A DNA stretch of 64,000 nucleotides. Source: Escherichia phage vB_Eco_F26. Under the pieces are notes generated by a model that saw only the letters and a program-made list of their open reading frames with translations, was not told where the DNA came from and made no database searches. Shown in pieces: positions 9,487 to 19,341 of this stretch (positions are counted from its first letter, which is position 1; the number at the start of each line of letters is the position of its first letter). The position numbers and the translations under genes are program-made. The DNA is taken from sequence record OP870145.1; one strand, written 5' to 3'.

Positions 9487-10806
9487 TCATACATAAAACA
9501 CATCATAACGACCACGTGTTACACCAACATAAAGAAGCTGCTGAGCTAGTTCAGCATCTGCATAATGAATGCAAGGTGTATAAATGAAAGCACGATCTAC
9601 AGACATGCCCTGAGCTTTATGGAATGTTGATGCAGGAAGTGCTTTCACTTTACTAAACTGTGATTTAGCATCCCAAAAATCACTCCACGGAGCTTTTCCA
9701 CCTTTATTCCAATTTTTATAAGTTTCTGCCGTTTTACCTAAAAATAAGTTAAACTTATACAGCTCTTCATCAGATGAAATTATTTTAATCTTTTCACGAT
9801 AATATTCATCATCGCCGTAAGTTTCTACTGTTAAATCCCAATGACGAATTAGATATTCTCCGGGAACACCACGAGCTTTAACAAATGTTGATGTATACTC
9901 TGCTTCTATAATACGAACTAATTGTCCATTATTAAAAATAATTTCTGACACAGGCTTTCCATCAATTTTATATGTTTTAATTAATGGTTCCTGCATTACA
10001 ATAATTTCACCAACGATAAAATCTTTATCAGTTTCAAAAATCTTTTTGCGAATAATGCTATTTAACTTATCAACAGATTTATTCGTAAATGCCATTACGC
10101 GATTTTCAAACAAATCATCTAGCGATTTGACGATTGAAAAATAATTTACCATAAAATCGCGTAAAGCGGTATCACCAGTAAATCCACGTACTCCATGCCC
10201 GTCAACAATTTTATCATAAATCCACTTACCGTTGCGAACATCAGTAGCTACATCAATAATAGGAGCATTACTGCGTTTAACTTCAGTGAGTTCACATTGA
10301 TAAAAATCTTTGTGCGTAAAGAATGGACTGATATAAGCAGTGTTTTCTCCTGGGTCAACAGGTCTAATTTGCTTATTATCGCCTATTCCAATTATAGTAC
10401 ACCAAGGTGGAATAGTTGAAAGCAGAATTTTAAATAGCTTTCTATCATACATTGATACTTCGTCGCAGATTAATACTCTGCATTTAGCTAAATCCGGTAC
10501 TTCTTTTTGTTCAAAAAGAACGTTTTCTTCGTATGTTACTGGGTTAATTTTAAGAATACTGTGAATAGTACTCGCTTCTTTCCCTGATAGTTTTGAAAGA
10601 ATCTTTTTAGCTGCATGTGTAGGAGCTGCTAAAATAATTCCAGTTTCGCCCGTAGATATTAAAGCTTCAATGATGAACTTAGTAAGAGTAGTCTTACCAG
10701 TACCAGCAGGTCCATTAATAGTTACATGATGTTTCTTTTCTTTGATAGCCCTCATAACGATGTTAAAGGCATTTTTCTGGCCTTCGGTCAAATCATCAAA
10801 TGTCAT
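9487..10806 (-). CDS. dda: Dda SF1B DNA helicase (439 aa)
   Basis: Walker A GPAGTGKTT, Walker B LICDEVSM; length 439 aa as T4 Dda. Confidence 0.9.
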   Translation of the reverse strand: MTFDDLTEGQKNAFNIVMRAIKEKKHHVTINGPAGTGKTTLTKFIIEALISTGETGIILAAPTHAAKKILSKLSGKEASTIHSILKINPVTYEENVLFEQKEVPDLAKCRVLICDEVSMYDRKLFKILLSTIPPWCTIIGIGDNKQIRPVDPGENTAYISPFFTHKDFYQCELTEVKRSNAPIIDVATDVRNGKWIYDKIVDGHGVRGFTGDTALRDFMVNYFSIVKSLDDLFENRVMAFTNKSVDKLNSIIRKKIFETDKDFIVGEIIVMQEPLIKTYKIDGKPVSEIIFNNGQLVRIIEAEYTSTFVKARGVPGEYLIRHWDLTVETYGDDEYYREKIKIISSDEELYKFNLFLGKTAETYKNWNKGGKAPWSDFWDAKSQFSKVKALPASTFHKAQGMSVDRAFIYTPCIHYADAELAQQLLYVGVTRGRYDVFYV

Positions 10807-11114
10807 CGTAAATTCCCTGCAATTGGTATACTAACAATACGCCCAGTATCTAAAATTCGCCGATATAATCTTTGTGTGTCTACATCAGGCTTAACGTGTT
10901 TAACTTCTATTTTATTAAACCAAAACTTGCGTGGAGTCTCAACTAATCTCGGAATTCCCATACCTAAAGCTAGTTGATACTGCTCTTTAAGAGTAGTAAA
11001 TACTTTATCAGCAATCTCCCTTTCAAAAAATACAGCAGGACGATGTTCATCAAGAGGAACAGGCACCGCAAATCCATCTTTATCTCTATACACTATCGCA
11101 TATACATAAAACAT
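10803..11114 (-). CDS. hypothetical protein (103 aa), dda.1-like
   Basis: ORF overlapping dda start. Confidence 0.45.
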   Translation of the reverse strand: MFYVYAIVYRDKDGFAVPVPLDEHRPAVFFEREIADKVFTTLKEQYQLALGMGIPRLVETPRKFWFNKIEVKHVKPDVDTQRLYRRILDTGRIVSIPIAGNLR

Positions 11115-11115
11115 A

Positions 11116-11862
11116 TTATCCTCGGATAAGTTTAAAAATTGAACAATTTAGCGGGTATCCTCTTTTCAGTTTAAGTTTATCAATAAAAGACAAATTTTGA
11201 TACCGCTCTACACCTTGAATAATTTTATCACACATATCATATTGCATTTCTGCTTCTGACAACTTTTTCACAATTTTCCAATCCGAGCCTTTAAGAAGAA
11301 CGTTCAGTTTAACAACTTCAGCGCCTTCTGCTATACGAGAACCATCAATACGAGCTTTAAGTGCTATAATTCTTAGCTTAATGTCAGAGGTCTGTTTTGA
11401 TTTAGAAAGCTGAGAAATGTGTTCAATTCGGTTTTCACGTTTTTTCTGTATAGCTTTAATTTGATTATAAGTCTTTTTGATTTTAGCCCATTTCTTTTCA
11501 TCTAAATTTAGTTTATGAACTTTTTTCGCAGATGAACGACCAATTCGCAAAGCAAATAAATCACGCTTTTCAATTAACTCTTCTAAAGTATAATCAGAAC
11601 GAAATGTATTATACTTTTTCTTTACTGCAATAACATTCCCTTTAATGTATCCAACGTTATTATCAAAACGTTCTAACGATAATTTCTCTCCTTCAATACG
11701 ATTATCAAAAGGTTCTCCTGAGTAAGCGCAAACTTTCTGATCTAAAATGTTCTTAATGTAATTGAAGTCTAAGTTAAAATCTTTAGAACGTCTTTTTGCA
11801 GATGCCTGAGTATGCTCTAAACGACGTTTAATTTTACGAATTTGATTATTAGACAGCTTCAT
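11116..11862 (-). CDS. srd: Srd-like protein (248 aa), basic, putative sigma-factor-related regulator
   Basis: Position after dda and before modA; basic N-terminus; name from synteny. Confidence 0.5.
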   Translation of the reverse strand: MKLSNNQIRKIKRRLEHTQASAKRRSKDFNLDFNYIKNILDQKVCAYSGEPFDNRIEGEKLSLERFDNNVGYIKGNVIAVKKKYNTFRSDYTLEELIEKRDLFALRIGRSSAKKVHKLNLDEKKWAKIKKTYNQIKAIQKKRENRIEHISQLSKSKQTSDIKLRIIALKARIDGSRIAEGAEVVKLNVLLKGSDWKIVKKLSEAEMQYDMCDKIIQGVERYQNLSFIDKLKLKRGYPLNCSIFKLIRG

Positions 11863-11891
11863 ATTTTTCTCACGGACGGTTAACTACTTAT

Positions 11892-11921
11892 ACTATATCA
11901 TTTTTACTTCAGCTTGTAAAC
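11892..11921 (-). promoter_or_regulatory. T4-type early promoter (GTTTAC-N18-TATAGT)
   Basis: Minus-strand GTTTAC 11916-11921, -10 11892-11897. Confidence 0.5.
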
Positions 11922-11977
11922 AACTTTATGAAAAATGCTTTAAAACTTTCATGGTATAATGAATCTAAGTCCTTCCA

Positions 11978-12580
11978 TTATAGATTAAATCCTTCAAAAT
12001 CAAGAGTATAGATAGTGTATGTTGAATACTTTTTATACTCATATCTATCCGCAATTCTAAATACACTTCCAGCTGGTATCATTACTTCTTGTTCATCTGA
12101 AACTAATTCCATATTACGATAGCGATGGCTATCCGGAAACTTAAAACTTGGACTGTATTCTTTACAACGTAGAGCTTTTATAGCATACTCCTGAAAATTA
12201 AATACCATAGGAGCTTTGAATTCAAAAATAACTTGCGTGTTGTATTCTAATCCAGAAGCAAAATGCAGAGCTATATTTTTATCATATGAAGCTGATACTA
12301 CTTTATCAAATGTAATAATATCAATTCCTTGATTTAACACCTGCTTAGTCTCAACTGGAACACCTCTCCAAAGAGGTTTATCGTTTGGAACCAAACGAGA
12401 TTTGATTATTTCATTTAACCAAGAATGATCGTCTGGCTTATTAGTAATACAATGAATTAAAAGTTCAATTTCAGATAAATTAAACCCTTCAGAAAGTAAT
12501 TCTTCACGAATAGAAGCACGCACAGATGCATCCATTGATTTTATTTTAAAATCTTTTAGTTGCATTACTGAGTATTTCAT
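11978..12580 (-). CDS. modA: ADP-ribosyltransferase ModA-like (200 aa)
   Basis: 200 aa, tandem with 207-aa paralog; matches T4 ModA/ModB lengths and locus. Confidence 0.65.
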   Translation of the reverse strand: MKYSVMQLKDFKIKSMDASVRASIREELLSEGFNLSEIELLIHCITNKPDDHSWLNEIIKSRLVPNDKPLWRGVPVETKQVLNQGIDIITFDKVVSASYDKNIALHFASGLEYNTQVIFEFKAPMVFNFQEYAIKALRCKEYSPSFKFPDSHRYRNMELVSDEQEVMIPAGSVFRIADRYEYKKYSTYTIYTLDFEGFNL

Positions 12581-13200
12581 TCAACTACCTCAATATCATA
12601 AACTTTAAATGTTCCAAATGAATCGTGTAATTTTTCTTTTGAAATAGAAGTTATTTTATACTTTCCAATTGGAATCATCCATTCTTGTTCACGCACAATC
12701 ATCATTAAGTTATCAGTACGCTCTGAATCTAGCCCATCAGTATCTTCATACGTGTACTTGAACTCAGTATTAGGAGAAGAAAGTATAATATCGCTGATAT
12801 GGTCAGAATAATTAAAAGCTTTATCAGTTTTTAAGCGAAATATTATTTCAGTGAAATACTCAACATAAGAAAAACCACATGCTGTGTGCAAACTAGTAGT
12901 AAATGAATCTACCCTGTTCGTTGAAAACACCTCTCCAACTTGTAAATCTTTAATGAGTTCTTTTGTCGATTTTGATATACCACGATATAGCTGATAAGGT
13001 GATTTAGTTAAATGCTTTTTAACGATTTTATTCAACTGCTGATGAAGAGCTTCATTCTTTTTGGCTTCCATACATTGCCAAAGAATTGACTGTTCAAAGT
13101 CAGTAAATTTTTCACAGACCTTTTTATACATATCATATTGAAAATCAACACTTTCAGCTTTTATAGATAACTGTTCAACATCTGCAAGATTAATAATCAT
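12577..13200 (-). CDS. modB: ADP-ribosyltransferase ModB-like (207 aa)
   Basis: Paralog of preceding ORF; 4-nt overlap. Confidence 0.65.
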   Translation of the reverse strand: MIINLADVEQLSIKAESVDFQYDMYKKVCEKFTDFEQSILWQCMEAKKNEALHQQLNKIVKKHLTKSPYQLYRGISKSTKELIKDLQVGEVFSTNRVDSFTTSLHTACGFSYVEYFTEIIFRLKTDKAFNYSDHISDIILSSPNTEFKYTYEDTDGLDSERTDNLMMIVREQEWMIPIGKYKITSISKEKLHDSFGTFKVYDIEVVE

Positions 13201-13226
13201 GATAGCCTCCGTATACTTCAGAAGCT

Positions 13227-13256
13227 ATCATATCATCGTTAGAAAGGAAAGTAAAC
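13227..13256 (-). promoter_or_regulatory. T4-type early promoter (GTTTAC-N18-TATGAT)
   Basis: Minus-strand GTTTAC 13251-13256, -10 13227-13232. Confidence 0.5.
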
Positions 13257-13267
13257 AACTTTTTGAA

Positions 13268-13450
13268 TTATTTTGCCCAGGGAGCCCAGGGCGGAGGGTC
13301 AAGATGGTATGAAGCTAGTTCTTCTAGAAGAGCATCTGGGGCTTCAATTCCATAATTCTGTAATACTATACGGTACTCTTTCTTATAATCACTAGAATCA
13401 TTCTGGATATTCGTAGAATGATTATCTTCTAACATCTCAAATAAATCCAT
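13268..13450 (-). CDS. hypothetical protein (60 aa)
   Basis: ORF. Confidence 0.4.
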   Translation of the reverse strand: MDLFEMLEDNHSTNIQNDSSDYKKEYRIVLQNYGIEAPDALLEELASYHLDPPPWAPWAK

Positions 13451-13458
13451 ATTAATTC

Positions 13459-13929
13459 CTAGCGATAAAAACCAAAATGACGATTAGCTTCAGCAATCTT
13501 TCTTTCTTCTTCGGACATTCTCCAGCGTAGTCCAACATCAAAATGAGCCCAGACCATTTTAACAAATGCGTGTATGTCTTTAATATCCTCAATAATGAAT
13601 GTTTTACTTTTCGAAGGTTGACTCGCTAATTTAACCTTATCATCTTCAAACAGGTCAAAAAGACCATATTCATGAGCTCTTTTATAGCCTTTAATAGTTA
13701 AAGCTTCGGAAGAAGAAAACGGTGAATCAATATTTTGCAAAATATCTTCAGTATGCTTTATAATTAGAATAATATTTTCTGGATATTTTCTTTCTTTTAT
13801 ATCTTTAATTAAAAAATCCGGATTTTCTGCTAAAGGAATAATTAATGAGCATTTTTTATCAAGTGTATTTACTGATTTACCTTCTTTAGACATAAATTCT
13901 ATTGAATAATGTTTTGCTACTTCAATCAT
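13459..13929 (-). CDS. hypothetical protein (156 aa)
   Basis: ORF. Confidence 0.45.
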
Positions 13930-14082
13930 GGGATTTCCTTTTGCCTACTAATGGACCATCGGGAATTTTGTTTTCCTGGATATATTTCTCATTTTCTTCC
14001 ATCATTTTACTACCTATTTTAAGAAGCAAATCCATTGCTTCATTTGCTTTAGCTTTAGCCTCTTCTAACGTCATATCTTTGT

Positions 14083-14286
14083 TCATGATTTATCACCATA
14101 GATGTCTCTCATCAATTTAAGCGCTGAGCGTTCTAATTTCTTTTCTTTCTCAGCACTAATCATTGATTTCATCCATTCTTCCGATTCGTTCTGCATTTCT
14201 TTATTTGCTTGTTCAACCCAACCATCATCAATATACATTGAGTTTGGTCTATTGAACCATTCAAGCATTTTCTTCAGAGCTTTCAT
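14083..14286 (-). CDS. hypothetical protein (67 aa)
   Basis: ORF. Confidence 0.4.
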
Positions 14287-14758
14287 TTGTTTTACCTAAA
14301 ACAATAGTAGGAGCATCGTCAAATTCATGAATTTTTAGCAAATTTGGATTTAAATTATTCCATAAAGATGTAATAAAATATGATAAAGCATCTTCGTCCA
14401 CAATTATAAACTTATTTCCTTTATCTATTTCCCAACTATATGCTGAATCATATGAATAAAAAGATAAAGGTTTATCATTATATTTTTCTGTGTTAACATT
14501 AATGTATTCTGATTTAGTAAATGCTTCAATTGCTCTAAATGGAATATTTTGTACAGTTTCAATAATACCAATCTTTTTAAGTTTTATTTCAGCATCTTCT
14601 GGAACTGGCATTGAAACGAAATTTTTTACGAGATACATTGGGTCACAATAACCCTTATCAATCATTACAGCTACAGTAATTGGAACATCTTTAGCAAACG
14701 ACATGCTATTACTGCTAATATACATTTCAAACAAAATCGCTTCCATAATTTTCCTCAA
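14261..14758 (-). CDS. hypothetical protein (165 aa), mrh-like position
   Basis: ORF. Confidence 0.4.
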   Translation of the reverse strand: MRKIMEAILFEMYISSNSMSFAKDVPITVAVMIDKGYCDPMYLVKNFVSMPVPEDAEIKLKKIGIIETVQNIPFRAIEAFTKSEYINVNTEKYNDKPLSFYSYDSAYSWEIDKGNKFIIVDEDALSYFITSLWNNLNPNLLKIHEFDDAPTIVLGKTNESSEENA

Positions 14759-15087
14759 TCACAGGATGTGGATGAACAACTAGAATCACAAGAACTTCCA
14801 CATGAATCGCCCGTCCATACATGAACAGGAACATTAGTATCATATGAATCAGAACTAGACTGTGTATTAGATGATGTAGTAGGTACTGACCAGCGCCAAG
14901 GATTTTTATAATATTCTTGGGCTTCTTCATAAGTCATAGTGACTGCTTCTACTGTTCCATCTCCCATATAAACATACTCAACTACAGTTAAAGGAAGGTC
15001 GTCATTTGAAATAGGAACTACACCTTCCCCAGGAACTGTAGAGAAAAAATCCGTAAAGAAATTTTTAAACCAATTAAAGATAAACAT
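14755..15087 (-). CDS. hypothetical protein (110 aa) with Ser/Cys-rich C-terminus
   Basis: ORF; C-terminal [15 protein letters not shown] tract. Confidence 0.4.
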   Translation of the reverse strand: MFIFNWFKNFFTDFFSTVPGEGVVPISNDDLPLTVVEYVYMGDGTVEAVTMTYEEAQEYYKNPWRWSVPTTSSNTQSSSDSYDTNVPVHVWTGDSCGSSCDSSCSSTSCD

Positions 15088-15293
15088 TACAAAAAGCCTC
15101 TTTTGAATTCAACTTGCTTCTCGCCATAATCGTATCGAATCTCTGCATTAAATTCAACAGAACCATCTGCGTACATCATAAATGAATGCACAACAACTTC
15201 TGTAGACCATGGTTGCAATTCATATTTCTTCATTACGTGTCGTGAAATGATAATATCTAAATCTTCATTCGGTTTAATCCAACGATTTAACAT
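15087..15293 (-). CDS. hypothetical protein (68 aa)
   Basis: ORF. Confidence 0.4.
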   Translation of the reverse strand: MLNRWIKPNEDLDIIISRHVMKKYELQPWSTEVVVHSFMMYADGSVEFNAEIRYDYGEKQVEFKRGFL

Positions 15294-15364
15294 AGCGCTC
15301 TCCTCTATAAGATAATTCTATTATACCATACTCATTTTGATATGTAAACCATTTAAATGAAAAA

Positions 15365-15384
15365 AGGACTCCCGAAGGAGTCCT
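15365..15384 (-). terminator. intrinsic terminator-like hairpin after soc (GGACUCC-UUCG-GGAGUCC + U-run)
   Basis: 8-bp stem with tetraloop followed by UUUUU on mRNA. Confidence 0.6.
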
Positions 15385-15391
15385 TGAATTA

Positions 15392-15637
15392 TTAACCACC
15401 AGTTACTTTCCACAAATCTTCGTTTGCAGCAATCCATTCAGTACGCTGATTTTCTTCATATACAGTAGTATATGCTGCTTTTTCTGAAGGGAACGTCTGG
15501 TAATGAGCACCAGAAATTTTGTGAACGTCAGAATAAAGAGGGAAAGCTACAGAAATTTCCTTTCCTTCAATTTTCTTATTTCCATCTAATTTCTGCTCAA
15601 ATGTTTTAATATTAACATAACCGCGAGTACTAGCCAT
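15392..15637 (-). CDS. soc: small outer capsid protein Soc (81 aa)
   Basis: Sequence MASTRGYVNIKTFEQKLDGNKKIEGKEISVAFPLY... matches recalled T4 Soc. Confidence 0.9.
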   Translation of the reverse strand: MASTRGYVNIKTFEQKLDGNKKIEGKEISVAFPLYSDVHKISGAHYQTFPSEKAAYTTVYEENQRTEWIAANEDLWKVTGG

Positions 15638-15667
15638 GTAATTCTCCTTTTATTTAAATTACATGAT

Positions 15668-15675
15668 TATTTATA
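15668..15675 (-). promoter_or_regulatory. late promoter TATAAATA upstream of soc
   Basis: Exact TATAAATA on minus strand about 30 nt upstream of soc ATG. Confidence 0.6.
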
Positions 15676-16360
15676 CATCTTCTTTTCTGAATAAGTAAAT
15701 TAAATTCTTAAGAGCTGAACTTGTTACATCATATTTTCCTTTAAGCGCCTTTACAACCGGGCCTGTTGCTGGTTTACCTAAAGAAACCCATAACTCATGT
15801 ATTTCGCTTTTAAGCGGTTCATGCCAATGCGGCGCTTTTCTTTGCGCCCTTGAAGTTCCTTCTGAAATCTTTTTATTTCCGCCATTCGAATAAAACTTTT
15901 TCATTACTTCAGATTGCCGAGCTTTTCGTTCTGCTCTATTTTGGGCTATACGTTGTGAATTCTTCATCCGAGTTTTTGTTTCAGGATTGTTTAATCTAAG
16001 TTTATGTTCTAATCGTTGTTGCTCAGTCCATTTTCTTCCTTCTCCACCCTGACCACCAGGAGAAATATTAATGCAAGTATCTGGGTGTTTACGTTTTAAT
16101 GCAGATATTAGCTCGCGTTCAACTTCATATGATTTTTCTCTAGAACCATGGCATTTTGACCAACGTATTTTATAATTAAAACCATACTTACGATATATGT
16201 TCCATAGTATTTTGCCTGACCCCGGATATTTATCATCATATGGATTTACAATAAATGATTCATGTTTCCCAGCGTACCAAAAGACGCCTTTCGGCGTCCT
16301 AACTTTTACGATATATGTTCTATAAAATTTTTGTTTAATACCCATTATCTTGACGTTCAA
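15671..16360 (-). mobile_element. segF: GIY-YIG-like homing endonuclease (229 aa), segF-like
   Basis: N-terminal GIY-YIG-like motif (RTYIVKV ... GVFWYAGK), basic C-terminal DNA-binding region; between soc and gene 56. Confidence 0.65.
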
Positions 16361-16850
16361 AATTATGTTTATTTTTCAAATAATAAAGTTTAAAGATTTC
16401 TTCCGCATTCATTCCAAGGCCAGCAAACATATTTAATACGAAATGAAATATATCCACAAGCTCAAATTTAATTTCGAGCTGATCTTCTGGGGACATTTCA
16501 TCAATGCGTTTTTCTTGCGCTTCAATATAACGTGCTTTCCATTTTTTCCAAACTGCCGATGCATCTTTTTCACCACGTGACATTTCACCAAGAGAAGTCA
16601 GAAGTTCGCGGAATTCATCATCAATACAGTCTTTTTGTTCACGCATCCAAGAAACAACATCACCGGCAGTTTCTAATTTATCTGGATGATAACAGTATTC
16701 GCGGTCATTTGCTAAACGAATCTGTAAAGATTTCTGCATATCAAGCATTACCTGCAGCGGGTCTTTTTCATCACCGAGAATATCCCAATATTCATTTTGA
16801 GCTTTATCAGCGCCTTCGATCAGTTGACTACATTCGTTGAAATGTGGCAT
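16335..16850 (-). CDS. 56: dCTP pyrophosphatase (dCTPase/dUTPase, MazG-like), 171 aa
   Basis: 171 aa; locus and length match T4 gp56. Confidence 0.8.
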   Translation of the reverse strand: MPHFNECSQLIEGADKAQNEYWDILGDEKDPLQVMLDMQKSLQIRLANDREYCYHPDKLETAGDVVSWMREQKDCIDDEFRELLTSLGEMSRGEKDASAVWKKWKARYIEAQEKRIDEMSPEDQLEIKFELVDIFHFVLNMFAGLGMNAEEIFKLYYLKNKHNFERQDNGY

Positions 16851-16923
16851 GTTATTTTTCCTTTCAATTCATGGGTTAGTAGATTAATTATACAATAAAT
16901 ATATAAAGCAATAAGGAGGACAT

Positions 16924-17124
16924 ATGGTACAAAAATTAATGGCACTTGTTAATGCCATAAAAGGTAATAAGAAACGTATAGCTTTTACTATTACTGCTAT
17001 GATAGGAATTTTACTTTGGAATTTTGTTTTATCGCCAGTTGCTATTGCTCATGGCGTTAGTATTCCAGTAGTTACTCTTGATACATTCGTAGATTTAGCA
17101 TTTGCTTTAGTTGGGTTAATTTAA
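16924..17124 (+). CDS. small hydrophobic protein (66 aa), plus strand
   Basis: Strong SD AAGGAGGA 4 nt before ATG; two predicted TM segments; only convincing plus-strand ORF in window. Confidence 0.4.
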   Translation: MVQKLMALVNAIKGNKKRIAFTITAMIGILLWNFVLSPVAIAHGVSIPVVTLDTFVDLAFALVGLI

Positions 17125-18149
17125 ATCTTAGCATATTTAGATAGCCGCATTTTAGCCATTAACCCCTGGGCAATATTATTTTTCATATATTCCATAATTT
17201 GTTCAGGGGTTGCACCTTCCTTTCTAATCATATCATTAACATCTTTTGATTTCCAGGGAGATTTATCCCAAAACATAACCCTTTCTCCTGCATCAACTAA
17301 TTTAGTCATTCGTTTAATAGTGTCAGGGTGACGAGGTTCATTATCTAAAACCCACACTCGTCTATCTTTAAATGGAACAACTTCTAGGTCTAATTGACCA
17401 CCCGTAATAGCTATACCATTTTCAATAAAAAGTGAATCTATAGGTCCTTCTAGAACATATACATCACCATCTTTAACTCGTTCGACTCCATAAATTTTTG
17501 TTGCTTCAGGATAAGCTTTGATGGTGATATATTTTTGAGGAGCATCTTTCTTTAATGCACGTCCTTGAAACGACTCAGCTTTTCCATTAGCATTATAAAT
17601 TGGAATAACAAGACGAGGCTCAGAAATTTCCTTTTTATATGTTCCCGGTGCTATGCTATTAACTAATTTAGGCCATTCGGTTGTAAACCAAAGATATTTC
17701 CATTTATCCTTTGGAATACAACGAGCTTTTACATATTTTATAATTGGATGGTCTTCCGCCAGTTTATCTAATCTAACACATGACGGAAGAGATTTAATTA
17801 TTTTCTTCTCAGGTTGTTTAGGAAGTTCTTTAGGTTTTTCTACTGGACGACTTTTACCTTTTTCTTTTCTTATTTCAAAGATATACTCACGATATAAATC
17901 AGGTTCAAACTCCTTTAAATATATTCCGATTGGTGCATGATAGTTACAGTTATAACAATGAATATTTCCTTCATTATTATCACCATAATACCATCCACGG
18001 GCTTTATTCTGGTCGGTTTTTGAATCTCCACAAACTGGGCATCTAAACCGTAATTTAAAAGTTGAACTATTATTTACTTGTGTGAATTTAGGTAAATGAG
18101 CTAATGCACGGTATGCAAACTCATTATCAATCCAAGGTATTGATGACAT
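17121..18149 (-). CDS. 61: DNA primase (342 aa)
   Basis: Zinc ribbon CPVCGDS...CYNC plus Toprim region; 342 aa as T4 gp61. Confidence 0.9.
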   Translation of the reverse strand: MSSIPWIDNEFAYRALAHLPKFTQVNNSSTFKLRFRCPVCGDSKTDQNKARGWYYGDNNEGNIHCYNCNYHAPIGIYLKEFEPDLYREYIFEIRKEKGKSRPVEKPKELPKQPEKKIIKSLPSCVRLDKLAEDHPIIKYVKARCIPKDKWKYLWFTTEWPKLVNSIAPGTYKKEISEPRLVIPIYNANGKAESFQGRALKKDAPQKYITIKAYPEATKIYGVERVKDGDVYVLEGPIDSLFIENGIAITGGQLDLEVVPFKDRRVWVLDNEPRHPDTIKRMTKLVDAGERVMFWDKSPWKSKDVNDMIRKEGATPEQIMEYMKNNIAQGLMAKMRLSKYAKI

Positions 18150-18151
18150 TT

Positions 18152-18316
18152 TTACTCTTCTTTTTCTTTAGATTCCTCTTTTTTCTTTTTAGGAATCTGT
18201 TCAGGACCTTTATTTACTACAGCGCCTGACGTTGTTCCAGTAGAGATATTTTCAGGACTACCACCTGAATCTCCAGCGACCATATCTTCTTTGATAAATT
18301 CTTTATATGTTTTCAT
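18152..18316 (-). CDS. small acidic/basic protein (54 aa), 61.1-like; not in ORF track
   Basis: Hand translation MKTYKEFIKEDMVAGDSGGSPENISTGTTSGAVVNKGPEQIPKKKKEESKEKEE. Confidence 0.4.
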   Translation of the reverse strand: MKTYKEFIKEDMVAGDSGGSPENISTGTTSGAVVNKGPEQIPKKKKEESKEKEE

Positions 18317-18317
18317 A

Positions 18318-18674
18318 TTAACCTCTATTCATAAAAGCATTAAAAATTTGGTCATCAATAGATGGTGCAGTAATATTTTCTGCATCATTTAGCAAATCAT
18401 TAATTTCATCAGATAGCATAACACATGTACCTTTATTTCCTGTAATTGTTACTGCGCAATTACGAACGTTTTCTTTATTAAATTTTAGGTTAATATTTTC
18501 GTAATGAAAATCCTTTAATGCCGAATAAATCTTTAAAATGAAATTGTCTTTTACTACAATAAACCCAACCTCGCTATTAAAACGTGGTTCATGGAAACTG
18601 TAATAAACCTTTTCATCTATAAAATCGTATGAAATTTTTTCCATTTTTAAATATGAAAATTCAGAACTATGCAT
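18318..18674 (-). CDS. hypothetical protein (118 aa), 61.2-like
   Basis: ORF. Confidence 0.45.
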   Translation of the reverse strand: MHSSEFSYLKMEKISYDFIDEKVYYSFHEPRFNSEVGFIVVKDNFILKIYSALKDFHYENINLKFNKENVRNCAVTITGNKGTCVMLSDEINDLLNDAENITAPSIDDQIFNAFMNRG

Positions 18675-18686
18675 ACTAACCTCTAA

Positions 18687-18980
18687 TTACTCACCTACCA
18701 CTTCAGCGATGATATTTTTGTTATTAAAGTTTTTATCGCAATACAGAACATAATTATACTGCATTACACCACCAGACTTAAGCTGTTTTTGCACTTCAGC
18801 TTTCATTTCAGGACGATCGCGCTCAACGATATTCATAATATCTGCTTCAATTTGGGTTTCAACCTCAGTCTGATCCGCAGTCATAGACCATTCGCACAAA
18901 TCTTTATCATAACCTGCCATAGCAGGCTGAGCAGCACAAGAAGCTAAAGCAAAAATTGTAGCAAAGATAAATTTTTTCAT
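18687..18980 (-). CDS. sp: Spackle-like periplasmic superinfection exclusion protein (97 aa from MKKFIF)
   Basis: Signal peptide MKKFIFATIFALASCAAQPAMAG; size and locus match T4 sp. Confidence 0.65.
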   Translation of the reverse strand: MKKFIFATIFALASCAAQPAMAGYDKDLCEWSMTADQTEVETQIEADIMNIVERDRPEMKAEVQKQLKSGGVMQYNYVLYCDKNFNNKNIIAEVVGE

Positions 18981-19041
18981 GATTAATCTCCTCAGTAGTT
19001 TATGTTTATATAGTATCTCAATTTCCAACAAAAGTAAACAG

Positions 19042-19341
19042 CTATTTTAAAACTTCTGCGTAATCACATGTTACAAACTGTTTCTCTAGCTTAACGATCT
19101 TACGAAAATACCTTTTACACTGACGAATCTGCCGCTTCGTAGGGCGAACAGCAAACTTAATAAATTCCACTCTACCAAATGGAGGGCTTTCTTCTGCTGG
19201 AATATCTAGCACCAATTCCCATGTATCTGCAATAAGTGCTTTGAATTGCGTATTTTTCCTGACGTTATACGGAGTGGGTTTAAATAAAACAATATGCATA
19301 TTATCCTCGGCAATCCACTTCACATACTTTCTTGTCATCAA
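19042..19341 (-). CDS. hypothetical basic protein (99 aa), 61.4-like
   Basis: ORF. Confidence 0.4.
   Translation of the reverse strand: MMTRKYVKWIAEDNMHIVLFKPTPYNVRKNTQFKALIADTWELVLDIPAEESPPFGRVEFIKFAVRPTKRQIRQCKRYFRKIVKLEKQFVTCDYAEVLK

Noticed and set aside
14727-14930. 67-aa His-rich ORF overlapping 14755-15087
   Set aside because: Alternative frame of the 110-aa ORF; no separate SD.
16851-17120. DNA adenine methyltransferase gene between genes 56 and 61
   Set aside because: I half-recalled a dam gene near gene 56 in T4, but there is only a 270-bp gap here and no DPPY-type methyltransferase motif anywhere in the window; my recollection of the T4 locus is not reliable enough to call this a deletion.
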